Under the pieces are notes generated by a model. That model worked only from the letters and a program-made list of their open reading frames with translations. It was not told the DNA's origin and made no database searches. A stretch of DNA of 64,000 nucleotides from Eledone cirrhosa (lineage: Eukaryota): positions 34,968,001 through 35,032,000 of the forward strand of contig OZ024759.1 in NCBI GenBank assembly GCA_964016885.1. Direction: 5' to 3'. The translations under genes and the position numbers were made by a program. Shown here in pieces: positions 43,880-57,113 of the stretch (position 1 is its first letter; each line of letters starts with the position of its first letter).

Positions 43880-44705
43880 TAGTTATATTTATCTAGAAAC
43901 CTTCCATAATAATTTTATGTGAAAACCTTTATTAAGTTATGTTCTAAACACTCCTAGTTCTGATACAAAACTGTTTATTTTAAAGTGTTTATGTTTATCT
44001 GAAAACCTTCCATCATAATTTTATGTAAGAGCCTTTGTTAAGTTATGTTCCAAACACCAAGTTAATAATGAGTAAGTTAGTTATATTACTAAATCCCTTC
44101 AAATTCTTCATAATTTTCAAAAGGATTTGTGTTTTTTTATTAGAAATATGTTAACGAAGGGTTAAAGTGTGTATATTTATGTAAGAACCTTTTTTAAGTT
44201 ATGTTCCAAACACCAGCTTGATAACAAGAAAGTTATATTACTAAATACCTCCAAATTCTTGACTAGTTTCAAAATTATTTGAAAATTGTAGACAGTGTCT
44301 TTCATGAAAAATAAGGTAATGAAATGGTTAAAGTGTTTATATTTATCTAAACACCTTCCATGATAATTTTATGTAAGAACCTTTGTTAAGTTCCAAAGAC
44401 ACTACCTTTAATAATGATAACGGTAGCCTATAATTAAATCCTTCCAAATTCTTTATTATTTCCAAAATATGTGACAATTCTTGGCAGTGTCTTGAATTAG
44501 AAATATGATACTGAAAGGGTTTTAGTGTTTATATTTACCTAAAAACCTTCCACCATAATTTTATGTATAAACCTTTATTAAGTTATGTCCCAAATATCAG
44601 CTTAATAATGAGTAACTTAGTTATATTACTAAATCCCTTCAAATTATTGATTTGGAAAACACAGGCAGTGGCTTTCATTAGAAATATGCTAATGAAATGG
44701 TTGGA
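43880..44705 (-). mobile_element. Head-to-tail tandem of about 4-5 diverged copies of a piggyBac-type MITE end
   Basis: Recurring AACCTTCCA..ATAATTTTATGT..AAGTTATGTTCCAAACACCAGCTTAATAATGA..ATTAGAAATATG..GAAAGGGTTAA, the reverse of the element starting at 30475. Confidence 0.7.
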
Positions 44706-44920
44706 CCAAATTTGTTATCTTTTTTATTCTCGTTCTAGCAGTATATATTCAGCTGGACAATGTTGGTAGCCATATTCCTGGATACTTTTGCTAATTAAAT
44801 GTAGCCAATGTTGCCAAACAAGAAGGTCGGGAGGACTCTCAGTTGTGTCAAAGACATGACAACCTCTCCTGTACACTCGGTGGAGTGTTGACCCTAAATA
44901 AAGTGACACATAGATCTCTG

Positions 44921-45318
44921 AGACTTGGACACTGATCAAGAAACTCACTGATGGTGGATGGGTGCTACACGAGAATGCTGAGGATGGCTCTGAACATTAA
45001 TCAGTATACACTGAGGATGAAGAACTCAGAGCTGTATGGGAGACTCCCAAAAGTTAGCTCGAAAGTGACACAGAGGAGACTGAGGTTAGCTGGACATGCT
45101 CACCGACATCCAAAGTTAACACTGCACTCAGTGCTCCTGTGGGAGCCCCTGCATGGACACACTGGAAGAGGAAGACCGAGGTTAACATATGTTGATGCCC
45201 TAAGGACAGACACTAGTCTGTTGGGGATGCAGGACATGGCAGCGATAATGAGGGACAGAGACCGCTGGAGAGAACTCGTCCATGGATCTCGGGAATTTTA
45301 CCCACCATAGATAGATAG
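44921..45318 (+). mobile_element. 5'-truncated RTE-clade LINE with (TAGA)n tail and 11-bp target-site duplication
   Basis: TWTL..MVDGCYTRMLRMALNI..RRLRLAGHAHRH..LLWEPLHG..GRGRPRLTYVDAL..DRDRWR* (stop at 45310). ATAGATCTCTG occurs at 44910-44920 and 45319-45329. Confidence 0.93.
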
Positions 45319-47480
45319 ATAGATCTCTGGCCTGCCTTGGAGATCAGTGACTCTGTTTCAGTACTGACTTGGTCTTTGTAAACCTGTCCAACCCTTACTT
45401 GCAGGGGAAGAGGACGTTAAAACGATGATGATGATTCTGTGATAAATTTCACTTAAGTTTATAAAAAATGTTGGCTATTTTAAGATAATCTAACAAGACT
45501 TTGGATAATCCTGAAGCTTCTTAGAAACATCTGTGCTGGAATTTTATAGAACTGATAAAACTAGATTCATAGTATCATGGTTTATAATACAAAAAAATAA
45601 ACAAAAAATACCTGCTTTAACACTTAGTATCCTGTACCACATGAAACCACATTAGCAAGACACTTTTTAAAATTACAAAACAACACTATGTCTGCATCGC
45701 ATTGAAAATGTAGTCATTATTTTATTTCATTTTTGAAAAATCTTTTTATGAAATGACACCCCCTAAGTTCAAAATTACTTTGAATTTTTTAGTTGTGGGG
45801 CCCATTTTATGAAGATCCTATGGCCAGATCCTATGATGGCCCATTGTTAAAAAAAGGTTACCCATCATGGCTAGTTTAAATGAAAGGGAACAAAAAAGAA
45901 AAGTGAACATTTTAAAATTGGTAGTTTTGTTATCCTAAAACTAAGGACAGTTTCAAGAAGGTTATCAGAAGGGTTAATATTTAGATATGAGGGAGCAGGG
46001 TGGCTAGAATTTTGTCAAAATTGGTTAAGATCATTTTGGAATTTTTTTTTTTTTTTTTTTATGTTTTCTTTTACACAGTTTAGGAAAAGTCTGATAAATA
46101 TAGAGACTGAAGTTACATTTCTTGAAATAACAGATGGTGGAGATTTTATCTTGCTTTTGGTGTAGCTTGAGGTTTTTTTTTTTTTTTTGGATGTGAGGTG
46201 GGGTGGGGGTCGGGACGAAGAAGTTATAGACTTTGTTCAAGCTTCAATTAGTGCCGGGGTAGAGAGATTCTGAGAGAGAAATTCTTGCCTTTCATTTTAT
46301 ATTTCAGCCATGTTAAACAAAACAATAACATTGCTGGCTTTCATTTGTACAAATGACTGCTGTTTCTTCAAGCAATCACTATTTAAGAATACTACTACTA
46401 CTATTACCACCACTAACTACTACTACTACTAATAATAATAATAATAATGGTTTCTTTATTGGCCACAAGGGCTAACATGAAGAAAAACATTAGAGACGGC
46501 ACAGAACGGTACAGGATGGTACAAAGTGGGTTTTGGCCGTGTAAAAAAGGTTATAACAATAATAATAATAATAATAATTGTTTCTATTCTAGGCACAATG
46601 CCAGCAATTTTGGGGGAGGCGAAAGTCGATTAAATCAACCCCAGTACATTACTGGTACTTTATTTTGTCGACCCCGTAAGGAGGAAAGGCAAAGCTAGCC
46701 TTGGTGGAGATCTGAGTTCAAATCCCGCCGAGGTTAGCTTTGCCTTTCATCCTTACTGAGTCGATAAAATAAAGTACCAGTAATGCACTGTGCCTAAAGT
46801 AGAAATCAACACACACAAACCTATACTTGTAGTGTCCGGCACCGTCCTTAATGTATTTTTTTGTAAACCCTTTGTAGTTAATAAAGAAACCATTATTCTT
46901 ATTATTACTAGAATAATAACTTAAAATAGAGTAGGTTAAAGAATAGAGGGAAAATGTTTAGAGGAATGTAAAAAAAACTAGTGGAAACCGATGCTAGAAT
47001 TTAATGCCAGTAAGAAGAGTAAGTCTGCAAATGTTTATTAAGAAAAGTAAAAATATATTTTTAAAAAAGCGTAGCCATTCCTTTATAAATGATTAGAATG
47101 AGACAGGAATATCAAAGTTAAAATTACATTCTTCTGTTTGAGATGATATAAAGTTCTCTTTTATTTGATTTTCTTTATATTTTATTAGTTTAAAAAAAAA
47201 TGTTTTTTAATTATATTTTTAATTATTTATTTGTTTATTTACTGGTGACAGAAAACATTATTATAAGAGCAGAACAATCAATCTATTTTATCATCATCGT
47301 CGTTGTTTTGTAAAGCCTGTTTTGTCCAAACTTGCATGGGTTGGAAGGGCAATTTTGAGGCAGGTTTTCTATAGTTGGATGTCCTGCCTGAGACCAACTC
47401 CTCATCTTATTTTAAGTATTATATATATGTGTGTATATATATATATATATATTGATTCATACTGTCATTACAACAGCAGA

Positions 47481-47575
47481 GGCCCGATGAGCTTTTGATT
47501 CCAGAGTCGTGCCTGATCGATACAGATCGAACCTTGAGCTGATCAATAGCGAAACACACATCACCAATCAATAAA
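47481..47575 (+). ncRNA. CpG-decayed long-stem-II hammerhead (family B relative) followed by AATAAA
   Basis: ggc-CCGATGA (47484-47490)-GCTTTTGAT...ATCAATAGC-GAAAC-ACAC-ATC-acc..AATAAA (47570-47575). It shares CCAGAGTC..TGATC..AGCTG with 32686-32728. Confidence 0.6.
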
Positions 47576-48107
47576 CGTAATGAAGGCTTAACAAATCGTC
47601 CTTGTATTATTATTATTATAATATATATATCATCATCATCATCATCATCATCATCATCGTTTAACGTCCATATTCCACACTAGCATGATTTTGGCCGGGA
47701 ATTTTCCCACTTGAGGCAAGATTGGTTGTCTTGCTCGCATAGGACTGTCTGGCGGGTTTTCTACGGCTGGATGCCCTTCCTAACACCAACCACGTTTACA
47801 GTGTGGGGCTGGGAGGTTTTTACCGTGTTACCTACACGGCCACATTACAGCGTGGGCTGTTTTTTTTTTTTGTTGTGACACCTACACGACCTCATTTGTT
47901 TTGGGCTGGATGTTGTGGTACCAACATAACTTTACATCGAAGGGGGTGGTGTGGATGGGGTGGGGGTAGTGGGACGGGGGTGTATTTTTGTTAGAGGTGC
48001 CTACTGACTGTAGGTTTCGCTTTGTACTTAGGTAAGGCGGGTCTTCTGTATTACTGTGCCAAAGATCTCGGTCCAGTGACATTGTCTTGGAGAGGTGTAA
48101 GTGTATG

Positions 48108-48140
<33 letters not shown>

Positions 48141-48152
48141 CAAACACACATA

Positions 48153-48252
48153 CAGGGTGTCCCCCAAAAATGTATACATATTTTGATTACCTGTACATGC
48201 AATATTTATTAGAATGCTGTTGAAATGTGTATACATTTTTTGGGACACCCTG
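48153..48252. mobile_element. Tc1/mariner-type MITE, 100 bp, best copy
   Basis: TA-CAGGGTGTCCCCCAAAAATGTATACA...TGTATACATTTTTTGGGACACCCTG-TA. Confidence 0.9.
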
Positions 48253-48402
48253 TATATATAAATAAGACCATTATTGTTCCAAGTCGTCTACTCCTCTTCA
48301 GTAACTACCCTAAACTGAAAGTTAACCTGTACCCAAGACTTCTGACAAACAAACCTTACCTCTATATTTGTCAAATCATAAGTGGTTCTCCCATATATAT
48401 AC

Positions 48403-48540
48403 ACAGGTAAATTTTCGTTATTACAAATTTGTCAGTATAATAAAATTTTTCCAATCCCCGAGGTAATAACAAACAAACATTTGATTCGTTATAAAGAATT
48501 TTTTGTTACAATGATTTATTTTAAATGGAATTTCACTATA
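48403..48540. mobile_element. Possible degraded pogo/Tigger-like MITE
   Basis: Imperfect termini CAGGTAAATTTTCGTTAT ... ATGGAATTTCACTA with an internal TTCGTTATAA repeat. Confidence 0.4.
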
Positions 48541-48548
48541 TATATGTA

Positions 48549-48592
<44 letters not shown>

Positions 48593-49734
48593 TGAGTGTG
48601 TGTGTGTGTACAATAAGGATAATTGTGAAGGTCCAATGTAGATGTTCAAAATTCCTTTATTTATAAAGCTATTGACAACATAACCATTTAATCAACTTTC
48701 CCCTCCCCCTAAAATTGCTGGCCTTGTGCCTAAATCAGAAATCATTATTTTTATTGTTATTATTATCTAGTATGGCGGTGGATTGGCAGTAACGGTTGAA
48801 GGTCGGACGCCATGCTTTGCAGCATTGAGTTACGGCCCTTTACAGTCTGAGTTCAATTCCTGCCGAGGTCAACTTTGCCTTTCATCATTACGGGGGTCGA
48901 TAGAATAAAGTACCAGTAATGTACTGGGGTAATTGCTGGCCTTGTGCCTATAGTAGAAACAATTATTAGTATCTAATAAAATATAATTACAAGAGTAGCA
49001 AAAATCAATCTATTTTGTTAGAATATTTAGTCTTATTTTAGTTAATTCAATAAGAAAATATATTTATATGTAAACTGGATGTTGGTGCTGTTGGTGTTGT
49101 GGTGTTGTTGGTGTTGTTGGTGTTGTGGTTAATTTGTATTTTTCCTTTTTTTTAAACAACATATTTCTTATCACCATCATTGTCATCATCACCACCACCA
49201 TTATCACCATCATTGTCATCATCATTGTCATCATCACCACCAGCACCATCACCATCACCATCATCATCACCATCACCATCATTGTCATCATCGTTATGGT
49301 CACCATCGTTATTTTACTTGATTTAGTTGAAGAATTTTGGAGATACAACACTGGAATGCTTGGACACCTTGTGTATTTGAAAGGGGTCAGATTCTTCACT
49401 TGTAACAAGGAACCTTTTACTTATGTAGACAGGGCTGGATTAACCATTACACATTACACAAAATAAGCACATATTTAGGGTATTAAGGGCAAGTGGCACC
49501 ATTTTATTTAAATGAACCCTTTAGTTACCAACCTGGCCCAAACTGGGTCTTGTTCAATGAAATAACCCCCCCCCCCCAACACACACACATTTTAAAGGTT
49601 TCCACTTTAAATTAAAGTCTTCTTCTTCGCCCACCTATTTCTGAGAGGGTCTTTGGGGCAGAGTCCTCAACTATGGAACTGATCTGATGTTTGGGATATG
49701 TCTTTCCTCCTGTAATGTGACATGGGGGAAATCT

Positions 49735-52620
49735 GATAGACAGACAGACATGTAGACAGACAGACAGACATGTAGACAGACAGACATGTAGACAGATAGA
49801 CATGTAGACAGATAGACATGTAGACAGACAGACATGTAGACAGATAGACATGTCGACATGTAGACAGATAGACATGTAGACAGACAGACATGTAGACAGA
49901 TAGACATGTAGACAGACAGACATGTAGACAGACAGACTTGTAGATAGACAGACATGTAGACAGATAGACATGTAGACAGATAGATGTAGACAGGTAGACA
50001 TGTAGATAGACAGACATGTAGACAGATAGACATGTAGACAGACATGTAGACAGATAGACATGTAGGCAGACAGACATGTAGACAAACAGATAGACATGTA
50101 GACAGACAGGCATGTTAGACAAACAGATAGACATGTAGACAGACAGAAGACATGTAGACAGACAGACATGTAGACAGACAGACATGTAGACAGATAGACA
50201 TGTAGACAGATAGACAGATAGACATGTAGACAGACAGACATGTAGACAGACAGACATGTAGACAGACGTGTAGACAGACAGACAGATAGACATGTAGACA
50301 GACAGACAGACATGTAGACAGACAGACAGACAGATAGACATGTAGACAGACAGACATGTAGATAGACAGATAGACATGTAGACAGACAGACATGTAGACA
50401 GACAGACATGTAGACAGGCAGACATGTAGACAGACAGACATGTAGACAGATAGACATGTAGACAGACATGTAGACAAACAGATATGTAGACAGACAGACA
50501 TGTAAACAGATAGACATGTAGACAGACAGACATGTAGACAAACAGATAGACATGTAGACAGATAGATATGTAGACAGACAGACATGTAGACAAACAGATA
50601 GACATGTAGACAGACAGACATGTAGACAGATAGACATGTAGACAGATAGACATGTAGACAGACAGACAGACATGTAGACAGACAGACAGACATGTAGACA
50701 GACAGACATGTAGACAGATAGACATGTAGACTGACAGACATGTAGACAGATAGACATGTAGACAGGCAGACATGTAGACTGACAGACATGTAGACTGACA
50801 GACATGTAGACAGACAGACATGTAGACAGACAGACATGTAGACAGATAGACATGTAGACAGATAGACAGATAGACATGTAGACAGACAGACATGTAGACA
50901 GACAGACATGTAGACAGACGTGTAGACAGACAGACAGATAGACATGTAGACAGACAGACAGACATGTAGACAGACAGACAGACATCTAGACAGACAGATA
51001 GACATGTAGACAGACAGACATGTAGATAGACAGATAGACATGTAGACAGACAGACATGTAGACAGACAGACATGTAGACAGGCAGACATGTAGACAGACA
51101 GACATGTAGACAGACAGACATGTAGACAAACAGATATGTAGACAGACAGACATGTAAACAGATAGACATGTAGACAGACATGTAGACAGACAGACATGTA
51201 GACAAACAGATAGACATGTAGACAGATAGATATGTAGACAGACAGACATGTAGACAAACAGATAGACATGTAGACAGACAGACATGTAGACAGATAGACA
51301 TGTAGGCAGACAGACATGTAGACAGACAGACATGTAGACAGATAGACATGTAGACAGACAGACAGACATGTAGACAGACAGACAGACATGTAGACAGACA
51401 GACATGTAGACAGATAGACATGTAGACTGACAGACATGTAGACAGATAGACATGTAGACAGACAGACATGTAGACAGATAGACATGTAGACATGTAGACA
51501 GATAGACATGTAGACAGATAGACATGTAGACAGATAGATGTAGACAGGTAGACATGTAGACAGATATACATGTAGACAGATATACATGTAGACAGACAGA
51601 CATGTAGACAGACAGACATGTAGACAGATAGACATGTAGACAGATAGACATGTAGACAGACAGACATGTAGACAGATAGACATGTAGACAGATAGACATG
51701 TAGACAGATAGACATGTAGACAGATAGACATGTAGACAGACAGACATGTAGACAGATAGACATGTAGACAGATAGACATGTAGACAGATAGACATGTAGA
51801 CAGACAGACATGTAGACAGATAGACATGTAGACAGATAGACATGTAGACAGATAGACATGTAGACAGATAGACATGTAGACAGACAGACATGTAGACAGA
51901 TAGACATGTAGACAGATAGATGTAGACAGGTAGACATGTAGACAGATATACATGTAGACAGACAGACATGTAGACAGACAGACATGTAGACAGATAGACA
52001 TGTAGACAGATAGATGTAGACAGGTAGACATGTAGACAGATATACATGTAGACAGATAGACATGTAGACAGATAGATGTAGACAGGTAGACATGTAGACA
52101 GATATACATGTAGACAGACAGACATGTAGACAGATAGACATGTAGACAGACAGACATGTAGACAGATAGACATGTAGACAGATAGATGTAGACAGGTAGA
52201 CATGTAGACAGATAGACATGTAGACAGATAGACATGTAAACAGACAGACGTAGACAGACAGACATGTAGACAGATAGACATGTAGACAGACAGACATGTA
52301 GACAGACAGACATGTAGACATGTAGGTAGACAGATAGACATGTAGACAGATAGACATGTAGGCAGACAGACATGTAGGCAGACAGACATGTAGACAGATA
52401 GACATGTAGACAGACAGACATGTAGACAGACAGACATGTAGACAGATAGACATGTAGACAGATAGACATGTAGACAAACAGATAGACATGTAGACAGACA
52501 GGCATGTTAGACAAACAGATAGACATGTAGACAGACAGACATGTAGACAGATAGACATGTAGACAGATAGACATGTAGACAGACAGACATGTAGGCAGAT
52601 AGACATGTAGACAGACAGTG
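49735..52620. repeat. 16-bp GACA/GATA-based satellite (TAGACAGA(C/T)AGACATG), about 2.9 kb
   Basis: Regular unit with re-duplicated variant blocks (e.g. about 50150-50500 vs 50810-51170). It explains the 989/908/483/457-aa ORFs. Confidence 0.97.
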
Positions 52621-53604
52621 CTACACAGACAGACATATATATAGGCAGAATGATAAACAGATAGACATACAGGCTGACTGACAGACAGACAGACTGACTG
52701 ACTGACTGACTGACATACAGACATACATACAGACAGACATACAGACAGACATACAGACTGACATACAGACAGACAGGATAAATTGGGATGACATTTCATG
52801 ATTTTAGAAGTTCCCTGTTTTCTCCATGTTGTGAAGGTCATTGGAGAGATTTAGTGTCAAGTGAACATCTCTCATTAACTATTGTAGTAACATTACTGTG
52901 TCTATACTGTAGTGTAGTGTGTTGTGTGTAGTGTACTGTGTAGTGTGTAGTGTACTGTGTAGTGTGTAGTGTGTGATGTGTTTACTGTGTGTATTGTCTG
53001 GTTTGTGTGTGTCATGTGTGTGTGTGTATTGTTTGTGGTTTGTTTGTGTGTGTCATGTGTGTTGTATGTGTGTGTGTGTATTGTTTGTGGTTTGTATGTG
53101 TGTGTGTGTATTGTCTGGTTTGTGTGTGTCATGTGTATTGTTTGTGGTTTGTGTTGAGTGTGTTGTGTGTGTGTGTATTGTTTGTGGTTTGTGTATTGCG
53201 TGTAGCTAGTGATAATAGTGATGATAATCCTGTGTATCTCTCTCTCTATATATATAACATACTTATATACAAACACACACACATACACACACATGTTGCT
53301 AGGAAGTAACATCAATGTGTGTATTGCATGTGTTGTGTAAGTTTTAGCTAATGATGATGTAGTGTGTGTGTATATATATATATATGTGTGTGTGTATGTA
53401 TGTGTATGTGTGTATGTATATATGTGTATGTGGCATTGTTAGTAAGTAGGCCAGTTGACCTTGAATGGGGCAGAGAAAGATTTTAAAATATAAACATTGT
53501 CATAATCTACTGTAAGTAGATTATGACGGTGTGGAACTATCTTGCTGGTGACATATACACACACATATATACTCACACATATATATATATATACACATAC
53601 ACAT

Positions 53605-53743
<139 letters not shown>

Positions 53744-53896
53744 AACACACACAATTTAGCATGGTAAGGAACTATCTAGTTGTTGACACACATACATACA
53801 CACATACACATATATATATTTATGCAAAAAGCAAAGAGAAATAATAAAACAATGAAGAAATATATTAGTAGTATACTTGGTATTGTAGGAAAAGGG

Positions 53897-53931
53897 TCTT
53901 AACATTTCGGACGCTAGTCCTTCATCAGAAA
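53897..53931 (-). ncRNA. Minimal hammerhead motif (family A)
   Basis: Reverse strand ttt-CTGATGA-A-GGAC-tagc-GTCC-GAAA-TGTT-aaga: perfect stem II, C15.2 changed to T. Confidence 0.65.
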
Positions 53932-53941
53932 TATATATATG

Positions 53942-54142
53942 TATAGTATATAATGTAGAAAAATGATATATTTTAAGAAGATTAAGACAATATGAAATGG
54001 ACAGTAAGAGTATTACCTGGTATTAATTATTAATACCAGGTGACACATTTTTCTTTGGCTTCATTTAAAAAAAATTTTACTGTCCATTTTGTGTTGTCTC
54101 AACCTTCTTAAAATTTATCATTTTTCTACATTATATACTATA
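53942..54142. repeat. About 200-bp fold-back element
   Basis: TATAGTATATAATGTAGAAAAATGATA...AAATGGACAGTAA is mirrored by TTACTGTCCATTT...TATCATTTTTCTACATTATATACTATA, with an inner hairpin ACCTGGTATTAAT/ATTAATACCAGGT. Confidence 0.85.
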
Positions 54143-54553
54143 AACGATGCTTCAAGCAAGCTATAACACACTCTCTTTCTTTCTCTCTCTCTCAGTCAGT
54201 AGACACCTCTTAACTCGTACATTCCCACCACCACACCCTACCCCATCATCCCTCTACCGTTCCATCCACTGTGTTGATGACACAACAGTCCAGACTGTAA
54301 GGTGGCCATGTAGGAGACATGGTGAAAAGGCTCCCAGTCCACACTGTAAATGTGGTTGGTGTTAGGAAGGGCATCCAGCTGTAAAAATAACCTGCCAGAG
54401 ACGAACGAGACACGGTCTCCCGACCATTCCAGCATCAAATGGAACAAAACCGTCTAACCCATGCTAGCGTGGAAGATGGACGTTAAACGATGATGATGAT
54501 GATGATATATATATATATATATAGTTATGTAATAAACAACATAAGATAATTGT

Positions 54554-54611
54554 TTCATTTACCAGTGGTTTCTTGAAAGCAACCAAAATTGCTTTCATTC
54601 ATCAGAATGAA
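54554..54611 (-). ncRNA. Type I hammerhead ribozyme, near-perfect
   Basis: Reverse strand TTCATT-CTGATGA-A-TGAAAGCAA-ttttgg-TTGCTTTCA-A-GAA-ACC-act-GGT-A-AATGAA: 6-bp stem I, 9-bp stem II (A.A at its base), 3-bp stem III and a GUA triplet. Predicted cut is between 54560 and 54559. Confidence 0.85.
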
Positions 54612-54725
54612 TAAATCCTGGTGTGTTTATTGACAGTGGATTTGAAAAACCTAATAACCTAATAAAGCTCTGTAACTTACATAGAGCACTCTTTTTTCCT
54701 GGACCTTTCCGACGGAATTAATTCA

Positions 54726-54785
<60 letters not shown>

Positions 54786-54899
54786 AACATATCAAACATT
54801 GACAGGGGATAATTTGTAAAGAGTGTAAACACACATAGTTACGGACATGACATCTTTAATTTTGTATAGTATATATATATATATATATATCAGATAGGG

Positions 54900-55075
54900 T
54901 GTGGTAAAACCTAGGTAGGCCATAACCCACCAGAGTACTCAATACTTGGGGTAGTAGAGTGGGTAATAGGAAAAGATTCAGGACCTTGACGGCTGAGGTC
55001 CGGTCGTTTCGAGAGCTAGATCCAAACAGTTCAGATCTAGCTCTCGAAACGGCCGCCAGGGTCCTGAATCTTTTC
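54900..55075. mobile_element. Family-D fold-back element carrying two hammerhead 3' halves
   Basis: The palindrome 54970-55075 is centred on hairpin GAGAGCTAGATC..GATCTAGCTCTC. The minus arm reads GAAAC-GACCG-gacct-CAGCC-GTC and the plus arm GAAAC-GGCC-GCC. Family tail CACTCTACTA..GTATTGAGTAC is on the minus strand, also at about 27301-27372 and 55947-56018. Confidence 0.7.
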
Positions 55076-55576
55076 ATGTATATATATGTATATATATATA
55101 TATGACACACGACCGTGACCTCTGGCGTTGCGCAGTAATACAGAGTACCCGACCTCCCATGGGTACAAGCTGAAGCATATAGACAATATGCCCCCCCCCC
55201 CCCCCACTGCAAGGTGGTCGTGGAGGTGCCACGGCAAAAAAGCACCCAGCCCACACTGTAAAGTGAACGTGTAGGCGCCACGTAAAAGCACCCAGCACTC
55301 ACTGTAAATGGGGTTGGTGTTAGGAAGGGCATCCAGCTGTAGAAATCAAGCCAGAATCAGTTCCTGTATGAGCAAGGCATGGTCAGCCGACCAGACACTG
55401 CCCACAACAGGACAACCCGTTTAACCCATGCTAGCGTGGAAGAACAGACGTAAAACGGTGATGATGATGATGATGATATATCAATATATATATATATATC
55501 AATCTTTCTCTAACTTCCTTTCCTAATTTTCACATACTATTTTCATACACCTACCTGCTCTCTCTTTATCCGAACT

Positions 55577-55612
55577 TTTCCTGATGAAGGACTTCTGTCC
55601 AAAACGTTGAAC
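55577..55612 (+). ncRNA. Minimal hammerhead motif (family A), G12 mutated
   Basis: tttc-CTGATGA-A-GGAC-ttct-GTCC-aAAACGTT-gaa. It lies within a repeat (about 55560-55690) shared with about 61275-61402. Confidence 0.55.
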
Positions 55613-56033
55613 CCTCCTCCATTTCCTCCAAGCGTGAACCTAATATAACTGTGTATTCTTGCATCCCTTAGTTTGTTTTGTTAATTTATCATATATATAT
55701 CAAGCCAAAATTAGTTCTGTATGAACATGACATGGTCACTTGACCTAGCATTGCTCACAACAGGATAACTCGTCTAACCCATGCCAGCCTGGAAAAATAG
55801 ACGTTGAACGGTGATGATGATGGTTATGATGAGGATATATATATATATATAATAATTATTTCTATTTTTAGGCACAAGGCCAGCAATTACTCAGTACATT
55901 ACTGGTACTATATTTTATCGAACCCGTAAGGATGAAAGGCTAATCACACTCTACTACTCCAAGTATCGAGTACTCTTGCGAGTAATGCTCTTACCCGCTT
56001 CAAACTGAATCCATCCTGATTTATATATATATG

Positions 56034-56065
<32 letters not shown>

Positions 56066-56219
56066 AGGATGGTGTTTATAAAAATAGTTGAGTGTTACAA
56101 ATATCTCTCCCCCGCCCCCCTTCCGACTCCATTTGGCTAATGGAAAAGAAGGTTTTTGTGAAGCAGTAAAAATAATATTGTCAAATATTCTTATATATAT
56201 ATTATATATATATATAAAC

Positions 56220-56790
56220 TGTGGTGGTGGTGGTGTTGGGGTGTGGGTGGTGTTGTGGTGGTGTTGGTGTTGGGGGTGGGGGGTGGCGTGTGTGAGGGGG
56301 TGCTCTACCTCAGTAGTTATAACAAGAAACAATAGCTGTTATAATATGAATATAGGCCAATAATAGGGGGTGGGTGTGTGGAGGTGGTGGGTCAGGAGGG
56401 GGGGGGGCATGAGGGAGGTGGTGGAGATTGTGTAACAATAGGAGTTACAACATGAATATAGGCCGATAAGGGGGGGGGGTTAGTTATCTGTGGAGGGAGA
56501 GCTGGGGTGGGTGTAACAATAGCAGTTATAACATGGATATATAGGTCGAGGGGGAGAGGTGAGGGGGGGTATCAATAGGAGTTACAGCATGGATATAGGC
56601 CGATGGGGGTGGTGGTGGTTACTTATCTGTGGAGGGGGGAGGGAGAGCTGTGATGGGAGTTACTTATCTGCGGAGGGTGGGGGGTATGGCAGGAGTGGTG
56701 GGGGTTACTTATCTGTGGAGGGTGGAAGGAGGGAGAGTCGGGGTGGTGGGGGTTACTTATCTGTGGTGGGAGAGCTAGGGGGGGGGGGTA
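56220..56790. repeat. G-rich degenerate repeat region
   Basis: Recurrent AACAATAGGAGTTACAACATGAATATAGGCC and GTTACTTATCTGTGGAGGG motifs separated by G runs. Confidence 0.7.
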
Positions 56791-57078
56791 CTTTCCAAAG
56801 TAACAAAGGAATGGTAAAATATATATTAAACGAAAAATGAAAAAAAATCAACATAACAGAAACCAATACCTTCAGGAATGTGATGATGTTTTTAAATTTT
56901 GATATTTTTTAAATTTTAGCTTTCATTCTTTTTTTATTTTATTTTATTTTATTTTATTTTATTTTATTTTATTTTATTTTATTTTATTTTATTTTAATTT
57001 TCATTTATTTATTTGATTTTGATCTTTTTTTTCTGCAAAACTGTGATATAGGTTCAGTTTTAGTATATATTGGATATA

Positions 57079-57113
<35 letters not shown>

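Noticed and set aside
44739-44909. Exon-like segment after TTCTCGTTCTAG
   Set aside because: Stops occur early in all three frames, and it appears to be an interspersed repeat that hosts the RTE insertion.
48284-48406. Possible exon ending ACACAG|GTAAAT
   Set aside because: The donor coincides with the start of a probable Tigger-like MITE, and the peptide is unrecognisable.
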